A stretch of 63,152 bases of DNA, filler included, from Octopus bimaculoides (lineage: Eukaryota), in NCBI RefSeq assembly GCF_001194135.2. It is 10 parts of 9 records of this genome, joined end to end, with 100 filler letters (N's around TTAATTAATTAA, not from the genome) between each part and the next. Parts side by side here need not be neighbours in the genome. Positions count along the whole stretch, not along the records: positions 38,656 to 46,808 come from NC_068981.1; positions 46,909 to 54,014 come from NW_026349179.1; 8 more parts are not named here. One strand, written 5' to 3'. This document shows, one piece after another, positions 40,414 to 52,782 of the stretch; the stretch's first letter is position 1; every line of letters begins with the position of its first letter. Both the position numbers and the translations under genes were made by a program. The notes beneath the pieces were generated by a model. The model made no database searches, had not been told where the DNA came from, and saw only the letters and a list, made by a program, of their open reading frames with translations.

Positions 40414-40650
40414 AGAAAGACAGAAAGAAATATCCGACAAAAACAAAATAACAAGAAGCTAACATCAACTGCAGGCTATGCAATCAGTACAAAGGAACAA
40501 TTGATCACATGATTTCTAGTTGTTGAGTCTTTAGAAAGAAAGAATACTACATGGACATGCCTGGATATGTCCATTGGAAAATATGTCGACATTTCAACAT
40601 GAATACTGAGAGGAAGTGGCGTAAGCTTGTACCAAAACCGAATCCTGAAA
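40240..40650 (+). mobile_element. Degenerate R2-superfamily (R4/Dong-like, RLE-type) non-LTR retrotransposon fragment with CCHC knuckle
   Basis: LHGQYPARINREEVSQREIQQWLNISGLKAEKEG, then after a frameshift LILVAQDQ*LAT, a poly-A interruption at about 40380-40410, then CRLCNQYKGTIDHMISSC*VFRKKEY...YVHWKICRHF...KW. Confidence 0.8.
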
Positions 40651-41199
40651 TGGAAATATGAAAGTAAAAACGACACCAATAACAATGGGGTTACTAGATA
40701 CGACGAACAGCATCAACAAAAAACAGAAAAGCCATAACAGGGCTTGCAGTTTAATACACAGTCCTAACAATGGCTTGGCTAAATACAGCCTTCATTCTGG
40801 GTTACAGATATTCAATTCAGAAAGTCAGTAGATGGATGTATTCGATTTAATTGACCCTAAAGTTTCACAGATACTGTTTTTTGTCTCTTGAACCTGGTGG
40901 AAGCTGAACGTAATGGAGTGATATTGGCGATGACTGTGATGATGATGATGATGATGATGGTGACGATGACGACGACGCCGATACCGATGATGGTGATGGT
41001 GGAGGTAATAATGATGATGATGATGATGATGGTGATGATGACGACGATGTTGATGGTGGGGGTGATGATGATGATGATGATCATGATGATGATGACGACG
41101 ACTACATTGATGATTATGAATGGTGAGAATAATGATGGCATGACAATGATGAAACTTTCTAAATGAAAAATTTTCTCTGACCCATGAACACTCACAATC

Positions 41200-41278
<79 letters not shown>

Positions 41279-42815
41279 ATTGGCAAACCTCCTTCAATAG
41301 AAACCAGGAATAATAAGAGTAACAAGAAGAGTACAATGAAGAGGTAAATGTTAAACAGATATCTCCGCCATTTTAACAGCTCACATTTTAAAGGAATTTC
41401 AATTGAAACTGGCTTTTCACAGAAATAAGTGAATGTAAATTTGCTGCACGCATGCATACATGTGTGTGCGTATACATATACATATATATATACGCATATA
41501 TATTTATATATATGAATATATATACACACATTTATACGTTTATATGCATATATCAATATATAGTTATCTAATGACTCACTTCCTTTTAAGCGTGGTACCT
41601 AATAAAACCTTTCTTAAGACATGTCCCTCTCGTTTTGACTTTCCTGTTTCTGTCCATTACATTATATATATATGTGTGTGTGTGTGTATACATACACATA
41701 TATACGCATATGTATACACACATACACGTATATACATATGTATGCATACACTTGCTCACACAGATTCATACAAGAGCGCGCGCACACAAATTTACCACCA
41801 CGAATACCAGTGAAATGCCAATTCCAATTGAAATCCCTCTAAAATGTGCGTTGTTTATATGGCGGAGAGATCTGCTTAACATTTACTTATTCATTACCAT
41901 TCGCTTGTTATTCTCATTATCTCTGGTCAGTATTGAAGGAGGTTTGCCAACGTTTATCTCTCTCCCAGTCCCCTCCCCTCTCTCTCTCTCTCTCTCTTTC
42001 TATTAATCAAATTGATTTTAAATCTTCACGGCTCAGGGAAATATTTCATTCATTGGGAAGGTTTTCAGCATCGCCAATATCATCATCATCATGGATGTTG
42101 GCACTTCTCTCGCAGCTATATCCACGCTACCATCACCGCCATTACCACCATCATCACCACCACTACTACCACTGTAGTTATTGTCATTATAACCCACCTC
42201 ACAACATATTTGTCTCTTCTAATACATCAATGTTCACCAATCATTTCACTTAGTTTTTCAAATAATATTTTCAACAACACTCCGCTTCCTCTCTCTCTCT
42301 CTCTCTTTCTCTCCCCAATCCACAACTTGGCTGGTAGCTCTTATATAATAAAAATCACTTGTACACACCTCTCTCCCTAATTTCCCTCTCCTCCTCCCGT
42401 CCCTCTAATCCAGAACCCAACTAGCATCTCTTATATAATAAAGCGACATGCACAGATGTGTCTCCTATTCCCCCCACTCGTATTCTTTTCATGCCCTCCT
42501 ACTCCTTCTCGCCAATCCAGAACCTGGCTCACATCTCTTATATAACACAACAACCACTTGTGCAGACGCCTAGTCTTTATTATAGAAAAGCCAGTTACTA
42601 AAACATTGCTAAATATTGACACAGACGTGTTAACATGTTCAACTAGCAACCTGTTCCGGTGCAAGTGCAGCCAACCGCAAAAATACACATCGTTATTATA
42701 TAGACGACCTTCAGTTATGGTTTTCGGACCACGTCTTCTCAAATTGCAGCAAGCAAACATTAAACCCTGCAATTGCTGCAGCTACTGCTGGTGCTGGTGC
42801 TGGTGCTGATTATGA

Positions 42816-42857
<42 letters not shown>

Positions 42858-43289
42858 AACTACTACTACTGTTTTCTGTTCTTATTAATGTCGTTGTCAC
42901 TTTTGTTGTTGCTTCCCTTGTTTGTTGCTGCTGCTACTGCTGCTACGCCTCCTCTTACTACTACTACTACAACTACCATTACTAGTACACAATCGAATAC
43001 ACATACGGGCATATACTGGACAAAATATATTCACATATATACGCATGTAAACTGTGTACTTATTTTAGGCAACGTGTTTGTGTTTCTATTTAGAGTATAC
43101 GGTCTGATTCTCATACACACACACACACACACACATGTACACACACACATGTACACAAGAACAATCATACACAGGCATGTGTATTCCATATCTAAAATAA
43201 ACGCTTAGATATAAATAAGTGTATACATGCATATGTATACAAAAGTGCCGGCGCGATCCCTTTCATATAAATTCACGCGCGGGTGTGTA

Positions 43290-44135
43290 AATATTGGTTT
43301 CAAATTTTGACACAAAGCCAGCAAGTTTGGGGGAGGGGATAAGTCGATTATATCGACCCCAGCACTCAGGCGGTAGTTATTTTATCGACCCCGAAATGAT
43401 GCAGGCAAAGTCGGTCTCGGCTGATTTTGAACTCGGAATGGAAAGACGGACGAAATGCCGCTAAGCAATTTTGTCTTGTGTTGCTAACGATTCTGCTAGT
43501 TTAACTGGCGTGTAAATATTCTTTTCTATTCTAGGTACAAGGCTCGAAAGTTTTGAGGAGGAGGGGGGCAGTCGCTTAGATCGGCCTCAGTACATAACTG
43601 GTACTTAATTTATCGCCCCCAAAAGGATGAAAAGCAAAGTCGACCTCGGCGGAATTTGAACTCAGAACATAAAGACAGACGAAATACCTATTTCTTTACT
43701 GCCCACAAGGGGCTACACACAGAGGGGACAAACAAGGACAGACAAACGGATTAAGTCGATTATATCGACCCCAGTGCGTAACTGGTACTTAATTTATCGA
43801 CCCTGAAAGGATGAAAGGCAAAGTCGACCTCGGCGGAATTTGAACTCAGAACGCAGTGGCAGACGAAATACCGCTAAGCATTTCGCCCGGCGTGCTAACG
43901 TTTCTTATTTCTTTATTGCCCACAGGGGGCTAAACATAGAGGGGACAATAGGACAGACAAAGGGATTAAGTCGATTACAGCGACTCCAATGCGTAACTGG
44001 TACTTAATTTATCGACCTCGAAAGGATGAAAGGCAAAGTCGACCTCGGCGGATTTTGAACTCAGAACGTAACGGCAGACGAAATACCGCTAAGCATTTCG
44101 CTCGGCGTGCTAACGTTTCTGCTAGCTCGCCGCCT
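43290..44135 (-). mobile_element. Cluster of about four tRNA-derived SINE family A copies, three of them head-to-tail
   Basis: Repeated GGCGAGCTAGCAGAAACGTTAGCACGCCG...GAGTTCAAA.TCCGCCGAGGTCGACTTTGCC...GGTCGATAAATTAAGTACCAGTTACGCA units. Plus-strand copies lie at 45841-46340 and 56822-57010. Confidence 0.85.
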
Positions 44136-44164
44136 TCTGGTGTGTAAATACTACTTATACAAAG

Positions 44165-44545
44165 GGCGCAGGCGTGACTGTGTGGTAAGAAGCTTGCTTC
44201 CCAACCACAGTCCCTTGAGCAAGTCTACAATGGCTTCGGGTCAACCAAAGCCTTGTGAGTGGATTTGGTAGACAGAAACCCGTCGTGTATACATACACAC
44301 ACACGTGTGTGTGTGTGTGTGTGTGTGTGTGCCTTTGTGTCTATGTTTCTCCCCCCACTACCGCTTGTCAACCAGTGCTGGTGTGTTTACGCCCCTGTAA
44401 CTTAGCAGTTCTGCAAAAGACACCGATTAAATACATATTGGACTTTAAAAAAATCCTGGGGTGGCTTTGCTCAATTAAAATCCTTCTGGCGGTGTTCCAG
44501 CATCGCCGCAGTCAAATGACTGAAACAAGTGAAAGATAAAAGATA
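44165..44545 (+). mobile_element. SINE family B copy
   Basis: Head, internal (GT)n and GGTGTTCCAGCATCGCCGCAGTCAAATGACTGAAACAAG tail shared with the other family B copies. Confidence 0.85.
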
Positions 44546-45555
44546 GCTGGGATTCTCAGAGCCGGTTTACTCGATGAGGGTCATCCTATGGTTAAACAAC
44601 GACAACAACGATGACGACGAAAACACCATCAAGTTCTCGTCATTTCTTTGTAAAAGTATCTGAAAAATTTACTTTTAACTAGCATTTTGTTTTTTAACGA
44701 GTTCTTTCTGTTTGCTCATGTCACAAAGTGATCCGCTATTTTAGCTGTCAAACAGGCACAGAAAGACTGTTAATTAAGCTCATCTTGCACTAGACAGCAT
44801 AGTAAAGAGGCAAAGAAGAAGAAAAAAAAACGGTATTTACACATGTACACATGCTCTGTTGATACTTGGTAAGGTAAGGTGTAAGTTATAACAAGATAGC
44901 TCGATAGATGTACAGGTAGGTAGACAGATATATATGAAAAGAGAGAAAGAACTTCAATAGGAAATATATTGTTGCTCTTTACACGCACACAAACACATGC
45001 ATGCACACGCATCCACATGCACGTTCTATATATATATATATACATATATACTTATATGTTTATAAAATATCATAAATACATATACGTATATAAACATACT
45101 TATATATACACATAACATACATATCAATATATCCATATGAATACACACATCTATCCATCCATCCATCCATCCATTCATCCATACACAGACACATACATAC
45201 CTTATATGTATGTATTTATGTAAATGTGTGTTTGTTCTTATATAGTTATATTTATATAAACATATACCAATGCATATCTATCTATCTATCTATTTATCTA
45301 TCTATCTTTATAAATATACATATATATACGCGCGCGCACGCACACACACAGACGTATATATGCAAATATATCAACAAATACACATTTATTCCCCCACCAC
45401 ACACACACTTATGTATATGTATATACATATTTACATATGTGTATGTATGTACATCTTTTATGCATATACATCGTTACTCACCTTACGCACACAGACAGAC
45501 ACATACACACAGATATAAGTACACACACACACAAACATGTATATACATACATAAA

Positions 45556-45609
<54 letters not shown>

Positions 45610-45840
45610 ATACACCATACATACAGCCAAAACAATATATACAAAACAAGATAAACTGAAATGATTTGTGTTTTGTACTCACTCTAAAATATTTGTGAAT
45701 ATAAAAAAAATCAATAAAATTTTTAATGTTATAAATCAATATCTATAGCCATGTTTTCCATGAGTACGGAGTTATTAACCGCGTCCTTGAGTGCTTTATA
45801 GTATTTACGCTAGAGTACATTGCGTTATTTAGTTATTTAT

Positions 45841-46370
45841 AAGGCAGTGAGCGACTAGAATCGTTACAGCGTCGGACAAAAAAAAAAATCAGCGGCATTT
45901 TTCTTGGCTTCCTCTAAGTTCAAATTCCACCGAGGTCGACTTAACATTTTATCCTTTCGGAATCGATAAAATAAGTACCAGTTGAGCACTGGGGTGGATG
46001 TAGTCGACTAGTCGCTTGTCCTAAAATTTCAAGCTTTGTATCTGTAGGAGTGAGAATTAATTATTCATAAGGCGTCGAGCAGGCAAAATCGTCAGAGCGT
46101 CGGAGAAAAATGTTTAGTGACATTTCTTCTGGCTCCTTACGTTGTGAGCTCGAATGCTGTCGAAGTAAATTTTTGCCTTTCACCCTGGCAGAATCGTTAG
46201 CAACACAAGGCAAAATTGCTTAGCGGCATTTCGTCCGTCTTTCCATTCCGAGTTCAAAATCAGCCGAGACCGACTTTGCCTGCATCATTTCGGGGTCGAT
46301 AAAATAACTACCGCCTGAGTGCTGGGGTCGATATAATATACGGTGTCAATAGAAGCACTGAGGAGGATGA
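45841..46370 (+). mobile_element. SINE family A copies, including one fragment nested inside another
   Basis: Three heads at about 45841, 46070 and 46185, each with B-box-like GTTCAAAT or GCTCGAAT. Confidence 0.75.
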
Positions 46371-46776
46371 AATTGATTTAGCTTCTCTCTTCGAAACTGC
46401 TGGCGTTGTGCAAGAATTTAAAATCGTTATTTACAGTTTTATCGTTGTATTTGGGAATTTTTGAACATAGGCGTTGCTGGAAACATGTTTCCAATTGGCC
46501 TATTATTTGTTCATTGTATGGCGAAAAGGACAAGAATGTCTATCTTTCCTCGCTATCTTTTACCTCCTTCAGTCATTAGACTCCATCGATGCTGGTGTAC
46601 CATCTGGAAGGGTTTCAGTCGATTGAATTGACGCAGGACTTAATTTTAAGCTTGGTACCTATTCTGTCGGTCTCTTTTGCCAAACCACTAATTTACGGTG
46701 ACGTAAAAACAAGCCAACACCAGTTGTCAAGCAGTGTAGGGGACAAAAATGAATACAAAGACACAAATATATATAA

Positions 46777-46807
<31 letters not shown>

Positions 46808-47128
46808 TNNNNNNNNNNNNNNNNNNNNNNNNNNNNNNNNNNNNNNNNNNNNTTAATTAATTAANNNNNNNNNNNNNNNNNNNNNNNNNNNNNNNNNNNN
46901 NNNNNNNNCAAAAGATCACTTGTACCACCATTTCTCAACAGTTCTTATATTTCTTCAAAGAGAGAGTGAGAGATTTTGTCTTTATACACTCACAATGTTT
47001 GTGAATTTGTGTGTTTGCGTATTCACTATTGTAAATTCATAATTGTTTTTTCTATACATTATTTACAAATTTCAGATTGCAAACTCACCTATTTTTTTCT
47101 TATCTATTTTTCTCTTTCCTCTGAACAG

Positions 47129-47209
47129 TATTTGGAAGAAGAGAATTATAATACTTACAACGCTCTACAAACTGACCGACTGGAAAAATTACTTGTTGGA
47201 GTTCAGAAT
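47129..47209 (+). CDS. CFAP43: Cilia- and flagella-associated protein 43, third-from-last exon
   Basis: ttttctctttcctctgaacag|TAT...AAT|GTATGT; 81 nt, phase 0-0; YLEEENYNTYNALQTDRLEKLLVGVQN. Splices in frame to the exon at 50100. Confidence 0.75.
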
Positions 47210-48170
47210 GTATGTATAGATAAAATCTTTTCTATAATAATATTTAAGTTTGTGAATTTGTAGGGTTATTAAGGGCATTAGGTAGAATACTTTGCAGTAT
47301 TCATTCTGGCTCACTGTACCCCGAGTTCAAATCCCACCAACATCAATTTTGTCTTTTATTTTTCATCCTCAATATCATCATTGTCATTGTCATCATCATC
47401 ATCATCATCATTTTAACATCCAATTTTCCATGTTTGTATGGGACAGAGGGAATTTGTTGAGGTAAATTTTCTATGACCAGATGCTCTTCCTGTTGCCAAT
47501 CAATGTTTTCCTGCTGTCATTGGTCTGTTTTGACATTCTAGTATGATATAGATATTTATAGAAATATCATAATTAAGCAGTATTGTGGCCATATCCCTCA
47601 TTAAATATTCCTTCAGACCAGCTACTGCTTACCTGCCAAGCCTTCACTAAAGTAAAAAAGAGAGAGACAGAAAAAAAGAAAATGTCCCATGTATTTGAAA
47701 ACTGTGGAAATATTAAAAAGAAACATTTCATTTAATTTTTCCACAATTTAATTGTTTTCAATGCTTTACTCTAAGTTGAAAAAGTTACAAAGACTGAAAC
47801 TAGTGCTAAAATGTTCTTCATGATAACATTATTTTAGCATTTCCTACCTTGTCCTATTTTCCTTATNNNNNNNNNNNNNNNNNNNNNNNNNNNNNNNNNN
47901 NNNNNNNNNNNNNNNNNNNNNNNNNNNNNNNNNNNNNNNNNNNNNNNNNNNNNNNNNNNNNNNNNNNNNNNNNNNNNNNNNNNNNNNNNNNNNNNNNNNN
48001 NNNNNNNNNNNNNNNNNNNNNNNNNNNNNNNNNNNNNNNNNNNNNNNNNNNNNNNNNNNNNNNNNNNNNNNNNNNNNNNNNNNNNNNNNNNNNNNNNNNN
48101 NNNNNNNNNNNNNNNNNNNNNNNNNNNNNNNNNNNNNNNNNNNNNNNNNNNNNNNNNNNNNNNNNNNNNN

Positions 48171-48204
<34 letters not shown>

Positions 48205-48689
48205 CAGAAAATTTAGACAAAGCACCGGCATAGTTTAGGCTCCCTGTTGTCATCCGTAGTTGTGGTACACTTCTGTTGGATTCACTTCGTGAACTTTGCA
48301 GTGACACTTTGGGTAATAGTATTGATTAATAGTAGGAGATAGATTTCATATCAGACTTATATTAAGTATAACATATGTTTTGACCCATCAGTGTGAATTT
48401 CTTCGGGTACATTGATAAAGAAGTCTCACTAGAGATTTTATGTTGGCTGGCTTACATTTCAAAATATTTTGTGTCCTGTCACTTTCCCACAGACTCTCTA
48501 ATAAAAATGTCTAAACCTTGTGGCTTTTATCATTGCCTAGAATTTTGAGATATTTCATGGTGAAATCTATTCTTTGTAGAACAACTCCAATAAGACCAAA
48601 CATATTGCCATTTGCTCAAAGATCCAAAAAATATATTAATCAATGAATAATTTTGTTTGTTTTCTTCAATATTTCACTTGCCCCAGGCA

Positions 48690-49047
48690 TGAGATTGTGG
48701 CCATACTGGGGCACTGTCTTGAATTTTAGTCGAATGAATCAGCCCCAGTACTTTTTCTTTAAGCCTATCAATCAGTTTTGTCAAACCGCTAAGTTATGGG
48801 GATGTAAAAACATCAACAGTGGTTGTCAGGTGATAGTTGGGGACAAACACAGACACAAAGACACATACACATATTTTGTGTGTGTATATATATATATATA
48901 TAATGAGCTTCTTTCAGTTTCCACCTACCAAATCCACACACAAAGCTTTGGTTGGCCTGACACTTGCCCAAGGTTCCATGCAGGGGGGTTGAGCCTGGAA
49001 CCATGTGGTTGGGAAGCAAGCTTCTTACCATGCAGCCACACCTGTTA
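48690..49047 (-). mobile_element. SINE family B copy
   Basis: Reverse complement of the family B head and tail, with an internal (TA)/(GT) tract. Confidence 0.8.
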
Positions 49048-49384
49048 GTATTTTTTTCATGCTTCCTGAATTAAATATGCTAACACTTACTTTTAACTAT
49101 ACTTGGCAACATTGAGAAATATTTTGTCTATGATGAATTGTTGGTGCTATTTTATTGATTGCTGTAAATATCAAATGAAATGTAATTTATCAAGAGAACA
49201 CCTTCCCTACTAAGACCATTATTACCATCACCTCCACCACCACCACCACCACNNNNNNNNNNNNNNNNNNNNNNNNNNNNNNNNNNNNNNNNNNNNNNNN
49301 NNNNNNNNNNNNNNNNNNNNNNNNNNNNNNNNNNNNNNNNNNNNNNNNNNNNNNNNTTTAGAAACAACAATCTAACCTCCCCCC

Positions 49385-49423
<39 letters not shown>

Positions 49424-49629
49424 TACGCCCAACTATATTGAAAAGAAAGAAAGAACACATTGAACAGTGTAATCCTAGATATACACAAAATATGAGATGG
49501 CCATGCATGGAAAGCTTTTGATCATAAGTCTACTTGATCAGAGCTGACTTGGTGTTTAAACAACAACAATAGCAACAATCAATATATAGTTATTAGTATT
49601 ATTGTAAAATAATGCCAAAGAAATTCCAA

Positions 49630-50043
49630 GGTGTAAGCATGGCTGTGTGGTTAAGAAACTCACTTTGCAACCATGTGGTTTTGGGTTCAGTTCCACTGCA
49701 AGGTACCTTGGGCAAATGTTTTTTTTATAATATAATGTTTTTTTTTATAATATAACCCTGGATTGGTCAATGCTTTGTGAGTGAATTTGGTAAACAGAAA
49801 CTGTGTGGAAGCCCATCATATATATACGTGTGTGTGTGTGTGTATTTATGTATATGCGTGTTTGTCTCCCACCTAGCATTTGTTTACATCTCTGTAACTT
49901 AGCAGTTCAGTAAAAGACACTGACAGAATAAGTATCAGGCTTGAAGATAAGTACTGAGATTGATTTATTTGACAAAACCCTTCAAGGTGGTACCCCAGCA
50001 TGGCTGCAAAACCAATGACTGAAACAAGTAAATGATAAAAGAT
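49630..50043 (+). mobile_element. SINE family B copy (older)
   Basis: GGCTGTGTGGTTAAGAA...GGTACCTTGGGCAAATG...CCCCAGCATGGCTGCA...ATGACTGAAACAAG. Confidence 0.75.
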
Positions 50044-50099
50044 TCTTTCAGTGCTTTTTCACTTTTTCTATTCTTACTTTATTTTAATGCTTCTTCCAG

Positions 50100-50253
50100 A
50101 TACATGAAAAAAAACAGGCGAAAATCGAAGATGACATCAACAAGCTAAGAATGAACATAAAGGCAAAGAAGAAGGAAAATGAGAAATTAGCTAAACAGAT
50201 CAAAATCATTAATGTCCAAGTAAATGATCGGAGACATATTGCTAATGTCTGTC
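50100..50253 (+). CDS. CFAP43: CFAP43 penultimate exon (coiled coil)
   Basis: ttcttccag|ATA...TGT C|GTGAGT; 154 nt, phase 0 to 1; IHEKKQAKIEDDINKLRMNIKAKKKENEKLAKQIKIINVQVNDRRHIANVC. Confidence 0.85.
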
Positions 50254-50552
50254 GTGAGTTGGTATCATTCATTATTTTATTATTTTTGTTCAAACGGCAA
50301 ATTGTTCAGGATACATGTGAGAAGAATAATACTGTAAAGTAATAAAAAAACAGACAATGAGCAGCAATGACAGCCTGAAACTTGTTGCAATTATAATCAA
50401 AGTACTTCTCTTGTAGTTGTTGCTTTAGGCAGGCATCAATGGAACCTTTTCCTGGCACAAAGTAGAACTGCATCTCATCAAGGCTTATCCTGTTCCTAAA
50501 ACTCTGATCTTCACGAGACAATCTAATAGTTCAGTTTGATACCTCTGTAGAA

Positions 50553-50810
50553 CAGTGGTCCTCAACCAGGGTTCATATAGCCCTTGGGGGTCCATATAAG
50601 ATTTTGTAGTTAAAATTTATGTGCAATAAATTGGTTATACTCCTACAACACACAAAATATTTTAACAAATTTTTTTATACAATTCCTAATAAAATATAAT
50701 TATAAAAATTAAATTGTATTTTTTTAAACATCATGTAGCTATGAAGGGCCACCCAAATAAAATAGTAATCAAAGGGATCCGTAGGTAAAAAAAATGGTTG
50801 AGGACCACTA
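50553..50810. mobile_element. hAT (Charlie-like) MITE, 258 bp
   Basis: Terminal inverted repeats CAGTGGTCCTCAACC (50553-50567) and GGTTGAGGACCACTA (50796-50810), matching at 14 of 15. Flanking 8-mers CTGTAGAA and CTCTAGAT match at 6 of 8 and resemble the NTCTAGAN target of hAT-Charlie elements. Confidence 0.85.
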
Positions 50811-51084
50811 CTCTAGATGGTCTTCTTTTGCCCTTGTAGCAGTTTATAATGATATTGTAACACCAGGTGCAGACATGGCTGTGTGGTAAGAAGCTTGCTT
50901 CCCAACCACATGGTGTCTGTTAGATAACTTAACAATAAAGGTGGGCGTTTTGAAAGCATAGTAACTTATGTAAGAACAAGATGGAAAATGCTTAGGGAGC
51001 TATTGCCTCTGCTAGCAACAAAGAAATTTTTCCAGATAATGACTAGATTATACGACATATATATATATATATATATATATAGTG

Positions 51085-51350
51085 ATGTATTGCTTTTATG
51101 TGTAGATGCTTACATGTGTAAAGTGCTTACATTTGTAGATGCTTGTGTGTTTAGATGCTTTTGTGTTGATGAATATGTGTACAATACTTATGTGTATAGA
51201 TGCTTATATGCATAGATGCTTATGTGTATAGATGCATGTACATAGTGCTTATATGTGTAGATGCTTACATATGTGGATGCTTTTGTGTGTTGATGCATGT
51301 GTGTAATGCTTATGTATTTAGATACATAGTGTATAGTGCATATGTGTGTA
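51085..51350. repeat. Degenerate ~16-18-bp minisatellite (ATGTGTAGATGCTTAC-like)
   Basis: More than ten imperfect units containing TAGATGCTT or TAGTGCTT. Confidence 0.75.
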
Positions 51351-52202
51351 GTGCTATGTTACATGATTGCAAACCATGGGAACTAAAAACTAGAAAGAAA
51401 TAATGACAATGTACTCCATTGGATGTGTAATGTTGTACCCAGAAATAATGACTCTGATCTTCAAAGAACTCTGTTCTTGTTGAGACAATGGACAAGTCTT
51501 GTCTTTTGATTTAACAATTATGACAAGAGTTTGCTAAAGCTTGTTGAGTCCAAATAACTGAATATTACAAGAAACTATGGTAAATAAGTAGTCACACACA
51601 CAACCATACACACACACACACACAGTCCCCACCCACCAGTCAAACACATACACAGTCAAAGACACACATACACACACTTGCGCACTAGTCCCTACAAGGT
51701 TCTGCATGTGCTTATTGAGCATTTAGGTATATATACGTATGTAGGCAGAGGGCACATGGCCTAGTGGTAAGGGTGTTGCACTGATGATTACAAGACTGTG
51801 GTTTCAATTCCTGGGCCAGGCAGTGCACTGTGTTTGTGAGCAAAACACTTCATTTTACGTTGCTCTGTGATTACTTCAACACCTGATGTGTGGAACACGA
51901 AGCACTTGTACAGACAATGTCAATTTGATGTAGGGAGCGACCTCGGGTACAGCATCAACATTTGATAACCGTAAACAAATCATCTGTGCAGGTTGTTTGA
52001 GAATATGCAGGACTGCCATCTGTAGTCTACAACAGGAGGGATCACATATAAGTATGTCTGTGCATGTACATTCACATACACAGCATACATACACACCCAC
52101 ATATATTTAATAGCTAGATATTCCATCTCGACATTGTAGGTATTAGTTTCATCATAATATATATATGTTTGATATATTTATTATATATTTATTTTATTAC
52201 AG

Positions 52203-52357
52203 AGGAAACTCCGGGAACATACGAGAGAGTGAAATACTTCAACATATGTCACCGCAAGAAGCTGATCAGCAGAGCCAAGAAACAAGCAGCGGAACTGACC
52301 ACGTTGCGCCAAGAAGTTGAACGTTTGCGAAGAAGAACATTCCCAGCTTTGATTTGA
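52203..52357 (+). CDS. CFAP43: CFAP43 terminal coding exon
   Basis: ttttattacag|AG GAA...ATT TGA; phase 1 matches the previous exon. Reads ETPGTYERVKYFNICHRKKLISRAKKQAAELTTLRQEVERLRRRTFPALI*. The C-terminal ..L.EVERLR.RTFPAL motif is, from recall, characteristic of CFAP43/WDR96. Confidence 0.88.
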
Positions 52358-52454
52358 GATTGTGGAAAACAAAAAACATCCTTCAATGAAAATTACCATA
52401 AAAATACAATTAGCTGGTGGAACTTGTGTTGACAATTTGATTATTTATCTATAC

Positions 52455-52460
52455 AATAAA
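52455..52460 (+). promoter_or_regulatory. Candidate polyadenylation signal (AATAAA) of CFAP43
   Basis: First AATAAA, about 100 nt after the stop codon. Not verified by transcript data. Confidence 0.5.
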
Positions 52461-52648
52461 AGCTTATATAAAAATGATGTTGATATATAATGCTTTGGTT
52501 GAGTTTCTTCTAGTGAGTTTGTAGTATATTTAATTAACCAATCCTTCCAGCCAAGCATACTGTGTGAAGACTGTTTGCTACAGTATAGTGCTATTCTAAT
52601 GCCCTAGGGTGGATATTTCTTTACATATATATAAATATATATATACAT

Positions 52649-52697
<49 letters not shown>

Positions 52698-52711
52698 TGT
52701 ATGAATATGTT

Positions 52712-52782
<71 letters not shown>

